From: Candidatus Ryanbacteria bacterium CG10_big_fil_rev_8_21_14_0_10_43_42
Lineage (GTDB): Bacteria; Patescibacteriota; Minisyncoccia; Ryanbacterales; 2-02-FULL-48-12
Assembly: GCA_002793915.1 (NCBI GenBank)
Contig: PFEF01000010.1
Coordinates: forward strand, 60,011-124,010
Reading direction: 5' to 3'
Length of the DNA: 64,000 nucleotides
Part shown: piece by piece, positions 59,416 to 64,000 of the stretch
Numbering within the stretch: the first letter of the stretch is position 1
Layout of the letters: each line of letters opens with the position of its first letter
Program-made: the position numbers and the translations under genes
Notes under the pieces: generated by a model
Told to the model about the DNA's origin: nothing
Databases searched by the model: none
The model's input: only the letters and a program-made list of their open reading frames with translations

Positions 59416-59936
59416 AAAGCTTGAGTTTTCAACTTTTCCACCTACTTCCCCCTGAATCCATCTTCCCCTTAATTGTAATAAAAAAAGCCCGAGATGAAAT
59501 AAATCATTAGGGACTTGGAAAGGGGTGGGGGTTCTTTATGTAAGACCCTGTATTGTCACGAATGGCCACGCGGCCAACGTTATTCCTGCATAGAAGTGCT
59601 TAGAAACTAACAATACGGGCATAGATAGAGCTTCCTAGGCGCAATGAAGGGTGGGGGAAGAATAAAACCCACCCCAGAGACTGGGACCTCGCCAAAGCAC
59701 ACGGCGAGTTGGAAAGGAGTCGCCTCCAACACCCGAAAGAATCTAAGAATCTTTTGAAAATCTTACGAACCCCCGTAGGCTGTATAGCGCTGTATAGCAT
59801 TGAAAAAATACTTTTTCAAGAGTATGTATCCGTTCACCACATAGAAGTACATAATATAACACAATAGGTTGTATTCATTAGCTATATCTTTTTTGCAGAG
59901 CATACCTGACCATAAAAGTTGACAAAAAGTTTTAGG

Positions 59937-60344
59937 CTATTGTAAATTTTCTCGTGCATCTGATAAGTATTGAATGATTTCCTCTTGTCGCTCTAATAAC
60001 TCCATCAACCGTTCTTCATGCCAAAGTATTACAACAGTTATTCTATCTTCATCGTTTGCTGCCATTATAACCGCATCAACGTCTTTATTCCTAATTTCTT
60101 TAACAGTTTCCTGCTTAATTTCAATATTCAGTTCTATTATATCTATAAGAGTATCTGTAAGTATTGAAAGATCTTTATAGTGCCGGTATATCAGCAAGTA
60201 TTTATTTGGAATATTTGTTTTCCCCACACCATACATATCTGCAAGGACAGAAAGACTATAATCTGCCAAATCTTTATTGTTTTGAAGAATTTTTATTTTT
60301 TCTTCCAGATGAGGAGTAAGTTCATTTTGAATAACATCAATCAT
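59937..60344 (-). CDS. Hypothetical 135-aa protein, downstream partner of a translationally coupled pair (ATGA overlap restored once the IS is removed)
   Basis: ORF MIDVIQNEL... With the IS481 element and one TSD copy removed, the upstream gene's TGA stop overlaps this ATG. Confidence 0.4.
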   Translation of the reverse strand: MIDVIQNELTPHLEEKIKILQNNKDLADYSLSVLADMYGVGKTNIPNKYLLIYRHYKDLSILTDTLIDIIELNIEIKQETVKEIRNKDVDAVIMAANDEDRITVVILWHEERLMELLERQEEIIQYLSDARENLQ

Positions 60345-60374
60345 CTGTTTAGATATAGCAGGATCATCAATAAT

Positions 60375-61381
60375 GTTTTAGGCACGGACATATGGCGGTT
60401 TAATTAATTGATAATCTTCCAAGAATTCGTTGGGCGTTTTTCCGTTTAAACCGCAATGTTCTAGGTTGTTGTAGTATATATTCCACCTTTTCAGTTTCTT
60501 TTGCAAATCGTGGAAGTTTTTGAATTTGTTCTGTTCGTAAAATTTCTCCTGATCTTCCCGATGGCTTCGTTCCACGGTGCCATTTTGAGCCGGTTTGCCT
60601 GGATCAATAAGGTAATGAACGATATTGTTTCCTCTGCAGAACAGGTCTAAGGCGTGAATCGTTTTTACCGTCATGTCGCTTCTTTTGTTCATGCTAGTGT
60701 AATAATTGGTGAAAATTGATCCATTGTCTGTTTTGATGGCGTGTATTTTATATTTAAATATTCGGATTACTTCTTCCAAAAAGAGAATCGAGTGAACATT
60801 CGTCTGTTCGTCGTACACCGAGAGATATCTCCACCGGGAAGCGGTATCAATGGCCGTATATTGGAAATATCTTTTGTTTTTAACGCGTCCTGGGACATAC
60901 TTCACATCAATTTCCATCAATTCTCCAGGCTGTCTCTCTGCCCGGATATATTTGTATTTGATTTTCTTAATTCGATATTTTCGGACTAGGTTCTCTTTTT
61001 TCAAAATCTTTCCAACCGTGCGCTCATGAATGAATATGCCTTCTTTTTCCAACTGCCAATGAATCTTTAACGCACACTTTTTTGTTTTCTTTCTGACTTC
61101 AAGGATTCTTTCCTTGATCCAGAGCGGTGTTTCATCTTTTTGGGTCTTTGGTTCAGTTGATTTAGGTTCCAGTCCTGTTTCTCCTTTCGCTTTAAACACT
61201 GCCACCCAGCGTTCCAGACTACGTTTGCTATGCGGACATACCCTCGCCGCGTCTTTTAACTTAACTTCCTTGTTAATGACCGGTAGCACCCACCGTAACC
61301 TCTCTTCTTTGATTGTTTTAACCATATGTATGCTCATTCCTCCATTTTAGGAGAAACCGCCATATGTGTGTGCACATTACC
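60375..61381 (-). mobile_element. IS481-family insertion sequence with 28-bp imperfect terminal inverted repeats, flanked by a 5-bp ATAAT target-site duplication
   Basis: IR core GCACGGACATATGGCGGTTT (60382-60401) matches reverse complement of 61354-61373 (2 mismatches). Direct repeats ATAAT at 60370-60374 and 61382-61386. Carries a single transposase ORF. Confidence 0.7.
60378..61337 (-). CDS. IS481-family DDE transposase (rve integrase core)
   Basis: N-terminal HTH, and a DDE core with ...YTAIDTASR... (D), KTDNGSIF (D), ...TVERSHRE (E). 319 aa. Confidence 0.8.
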   Translation of the reverse strand: MSIHMVKTIKEERLRWVLPVINKEVKLKDAARVCPHSKRSLERWVAVFKAKGETGLEPKSTEPKTQKDETPLWIKERILEVRKKTKKCALKIHWQLEKEGIFIHERTVGKILKKENLVRKYRIKKIKYKYIRAERQPGELMEIDVKYVPGRVKNKRYFQYTAIDTASRWRYLSVYDEQTNVHSILFLEEVIRIFKYKIHAIKTDNGSIFTNYYTSMNKRSDMTVKTIHALDLFCRGNNIVHYLIDPGKPAQNGTVERSHREDQEKFYEQNKFKNFHDLQKKLKRWNIYYNNLEHCGLNGKTPNEFLEDYQLIKPPYVRA

Positions 61382-61386
61382 ATAAT

Positions 61387-61846
61387 CGCTTGCCAACTTG
61401 CCGTAACTTGTTCCAGGTTCTCTTGTTCCAGGTTCTCAAGTTCTGTAAGTTCCTTATCAAAACGAACTGGATCTTCCCATGTAGTTTCTTCAGGGTCGTG
61501 AGTGAGAAACACGTCAATATTCAAACTAATTAAAGGGATAGTTATGGACCAAAGACCTTGGGTATTTTCATATGTTGGCGTTACAATTTTCGCTTCTCCA
61601 ACTATACCGTAATCTTCTTCTATTATTTTCTCTATCGTATCAATAAGGTGCTCTTCATATTCTTCTTTTATTGCAATAATCGGCACCTCCTCTTCCGTAG
61701 ATTGTACCCACCTCACTGCCTGCCGGTTTTTCTCGTATTACAGGTTTTTGGATATCAAAAATATTTTGTGTGGAAACAAAATAACCTCCTAGGGCAATAG
61801 CAAGTAATAATATAACTCCTAAAATAATTAACTTTTGATTTAGCAT
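61387..61846 (-). pseudogene. Disrupted gene: apparently frameshifted signal-peptide/acidic-domain ORF, truncated at its 3' end by the IS481 insertion
   Basis: Signal-peptide ORF (61846-61655, MLNQKLIILGVILLLAIALGG...) and the acidic ORF (from 61716, no ATG start) are in adjacent frames. The acidic ORF runs into the IS right end. In-frame 15-nt tandem repeat at 61411-61440. Confidence 0.4.
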
Positions 61847-61906
61847 AAAATGCTATTTTATTTTTCTGACACCTATTTCTATTCCAAAATCTGACTCAAA
61901 AATTTA

Positions 61907-62896
61907 TTAAAGAGAATCAATAACGGTATCCATAGTAGCTTTATTGGTGTTCAGTTGTTCAATATATTTTTGATGCCAACCAATCACGAGATCCATCTTA
62001 TCCTCATCACTTGATCCCTTACGTGCCTCAATAGCATTTCCGCTCTCAACAGCACTTTTAACAGCATTCATCACAAGTAATTTTTGTTTGTATAATTCAA
62101 TTATATCAATTGCTAATAAGCCATAGTTTTTAAAGTATTGAGCAGCTTCTAAATATTCACGAGGAACATTGCTGCCGTATTTACCGGTAATTTTCTGGTG
62201 TTGGCCTCCAGACCATACCCTTAATAAATCAAGTTCACTCATTCTGGATTCCATTTGAGCTACTGTATTATTATATGAGTTTGTATAATTATTGGTAGAC
62301 ATTTCATTACTTACTACTTCCTCCCATTTTACCAGATTTTCGTCATAATTTTTATCTTCAGCAATTTCAAATGCTGTTAATTCCTTATCAAATTGCACAA
62401 AATTCATCCAAAATGTTGAAGTAGGTGTTTCCATCAAAATGATATCTGAGTCTATGCTATTTAGCTGAGCTACGATTACTTGAAATACTCCGAACTCCGT
62501 TGTCGGTGTTGTTACTAATACCGTTGAGGGAATCTTTAAATCTGATTCAAAAAATTTTTCAACGGAAGATTCAGTATGAATTTTATATCCATCGAATCCC
62601 GGTTCACCCTTGAATATAGGGTTAGTGCTCGGAATTAATTCGTCTTCTACCAATAAAACAACATGAAAATTATCTATGTTAATAGGTGGTCTATCTTCAG
62701 CTACTTGTTCGGATGGGAAGTCCTGTTCTGAATCATTAATAATATTATTTCCTGGTAGTGGGTTCCCATTTATTTCTAAAATTTCCCCTACATCTTGTAT
62801 GACATCAGTATTGTTATCTTTTGTAGTCACAATCCAAAAGACACTACCCATCACAATGAGTATTCCCATAATGACTATTTTGGGAATGTTTTTCAT
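61907..62896 (-). CDS. Signal-anchored secreted/periplasmic protein of 329 aa in the toxin locus
   Basis: N-terminal TM/signal anchor and a hydrophilic Asn/Asp/Glu-rich body; no family recognised. Confidence 0.4.
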   Translation of the reverse strand: MKNIPKIVIMGILIVMGSVFWIVTTKDNNTDVIQDVGEILEINGNPLPGNNIINDSEQDFPSEQVAEDRPPINIDNFHVVLLVEDELIPSTNPIFKGEPGFDGYKIHTESSVEKFFESDLKIPSTVLVTTPTTEFGVFQVIVAQLNSIDSDIILMETPTSTFWMNFVQFDKELTAFEIAEDKNYDENLVKWEEVVSNEMSTNNYTNSYNNTVAQMESRMSELDLLRVWSGGQHQKITGKYGSNVPREYLEAAQYFKNYGLLAIDIIELYKQKLLVMNAVKSAVESGNAIEARKGSSDEDKMDLVIGWHQKYIEQLNTNKATMDTVIDSL

Positions 62897-62928
62897 AAGA
62901 AAGAAGGTAGTAATTACCAGTATAGCAG

Positions 62929-63279
62929 TTAATAACGAAAAGAATTTTCAAGTACTCTCTCAACGACTGGGATTTTCCAGCCTGTCTCATAGGAGACTCG
63001 TCTGTACACTAGATTACTGGTGTTAATAATAGCTGCGCTGATTGCTACAATTAATCCGAGAGTTGATACAAATTTTAACCATCCTTTATCCTTTTTTAAC
63101 GACGAGATAGACAAGATGTATAAAACTAATAATAGCGGAACCGTTAATACAATGAAGCCAATCGTCAGAGGGTATAAATCTGCTCTGAGTGAACTGTATA
63201 TATCAGCAAAACTCAATATAATCAAAAAGAAAATTAATAAATGCCGAAAATTTATTTTAATCTTGCTGTTCTCACTCAT
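62929..63279 (-). CDS. Putative immunity protein: small 3-TM membrane protein overlapping the toxin stop codon
   Basis: Start chosen at MSENSKIK, whose ATG overlaps the toxin C-terminus (ATGAGTGA). Three hydrophobic helices. Confidence 0.45.
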   Translation of the reverse strand: MSENSKIKINFRHLLIFFLIILSFADIYSSLRADLYPLTIGFIVLTVPLLLVLYILSISSLKKDKGWLKFVSTLGLIVAISAAIINTSNLVYRRVSYETGWKIPVVERVLENSFRY

Positions 63280-64000
63280 GTGAATTATATGAGTTGCTAA
63301 TTTTATCCCACACTTCTGTGCTCCGCCACATTGAATGTATATATCTAGGATCAAGTCCCGCCTGCCACGTCACATTCATATTCTCCGCACCGGGAAATGT
63401 TCGTCCAGCCGTTCCAAACTCATACAATCCAAGATAGCGCCCAACAGCTACTCCAATAGGACCAAAAACAGTGTTTCCTATCTGCTCGCTTAATGATGTT
63501 GCACCTCCACCAGATTTCTGAACTGGATCAAGCCAGCTGTATGCATTGATATGCTTGCCTATATTATTACGGCTTGGGTTATATCCTACTACCCGAACAG
63601 GAGTTGCAAGTGTTACTAATGTATTAATGCTTTTATTTATATTATTACTGGCATCAATTGCGATATTACCTCCGTGACTATGCCCGACAATGTTTAATTG
63701 CTCTCCCTCATTAAAGTCATGGTTATTTATCTGATTTGCTAAATCATTTGCGGCAGCTTCCCGTGCTCTTTTATTATTATTTCCTGACCAATCGAATATA
63801 ATGGGAGGTTCACCAAACGTCTCTCCTACGTTTGATAGAAATTCGCTTGCCGCACCACCCTCCGACCAATCATCTTTATTGTAGTTTGTACCCGGAACAA
63901 CTACGGTAAACAATCCTTCCGGATCAATAAAGTTGAGCGGATTGTTTCGGACGTAGGAATACGCATTCAACTGCTGGGGATCTTGGAGAAACTTCTGCGG
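63272..64000 (-). CDS. C-terminal part of an RHS/YD-repeat-type polymorphic toxin with an alpha/beta-hydrolase (GHSxGG lipase/esterase-like) toxin domain; N-terminus lies beyond the window end
   Basis: Reading frame is open to the window edge. ...QKFLQDPQQLNAYSYVRNNPLNFIDPEGL matches the conserved end of the RHS core (PxxxxDPxGL). A 213-aa tail follows containing IVGHSHGG (nucleophile elbow). Confidence 0.6.
   Translation of the reverse strand, partial: PQKFLQDPQQLNAYSYVRNNPLNFIDPEGLFTVVVPGTNYNKDDWSEGGAASEFLSNVGETFGEPPIIFDWSGNNNKRAREAAANDLANQINNHDFNEGEQLNIVGHSHGGNIAIDASNNINKSINTLVTLATPVRVVGYNPSRNNIGKHINAYSWLDPVQKSGGGATSLSEQIGNTVFGPIGVAVGRYLGLYEFGTAGRTFPGAENMNVTWQAGLDPRYIHSMWRSTEVWDKISNSYNSHE

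Noticed and set aside
59440-59800. tmRNA, RNase P RNA or group II intron domain V in the structured non-coding stretch
   Set aside because: No TTCGAATCC T-loop or CCA-adjacent acceptor, no GGAAAGUCCGG/ACAGAA P4 pair, and no GAGC...GAAA...ACGUACGGUUC domain V. The only resemblance is GGGGGTTCG.
59937-61716. Simple model that the IS split one gene into N- and C-terminal halves
   Set aside because: Reconstructing the pre-insertion sequence shows the two ORFs are in different frames, joined by an ATGA stop/start overlap. They are two coupled genes, not one.
1-64000. CRISPR arrays
   Set aside because: No regularly spaced direct repeats of 24-40 bp were found. The only tandem repeats are a 15-nt in-frame duplication (61411-61440), a 10-bp duplication (59779-59798) and gtagaggc x2 (33887-33902).
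1-64000. Alternative genetic code (TGA or TAG reassignment, as in some CPR lineages)
   Set aside because: Conserved genes such as pyrG, dnaB, the aaRS genes and the P-type ATPase translate as full-length single ORFs with standard stops, so code 11 is assumed.

Overview
This 64 kb window looks like a bacterial chromosome of about 45% GC, densely coding in the standard genetic code (long intact ORFs, no in-frame TGA recoding seen). The gene content points to a small, streamlined genome, possibly CPR-like; that guess is inference. The first ~59 kb is mostly core housekeeping: a murA 3' end, a Wzz/BY-kinase, two mreB paralogs plus mreCD-PBP2, holB, frr, rseP, five aminoacyl-tRNA synthetase genes (proS, lysS, cysS, gltX, aspS), greA, a group-3 sigma factor, a split dcw cell-wall cluster (mraZ-rsmH-ftsL-ftsI-murF on +, mraY-amidohydrolase-ftsW-murG on -), tRNA-Glu(CUC), rplU, recR, dnaB, corA, ctpA, rplI, pyrG, rpmA, scpAB, and a glycogen cluster (archaeal-type glycogen synthase, GH57, GH15). 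Two accessory islands stand out. (1) 37.7-39.5 kb holds an Ada-like zinc-motif membrane protein, a strong promoter driving a 22-bp-stem hairpin RNA around a 25-codon ORF, a hairpin-dense ORF or possible structured RNA, a recurring GAGGTT/AACCTC palindrome family, and a riboswitch-like leader plus intrinsic terminator upstream of a DMT/EamA transporter. (2) 59.1-64.0 kb is a polymorphic-toxin-like locus: the C-terminal toxin domain of an RHS/YD-type protein (GHSxGG alpha/beta-hydrolase, lipase-like) overlapping its membrane immunity gene by ATGAGTGA, a 329-aa secreted protein, a translationally coupled gene pair disrupted by an IS481-family insertion with 28-bp inverted repeats and a 5-bp ATAAT target duplication, and a strongly promoted 39-aa hydrophobic peptide cassette. 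Other notable points are a 7TM protein coupled to an ATP-grasp/retropepsin fusion, a D-aminoacylase-family gene in the position murD normally occupies, and a dif-like 11-6-11 perfect palindrome in an AT-rich convergent intergenic region. All identifications rest on reading motifs in the supplied translations and sequence; no database searches were run.
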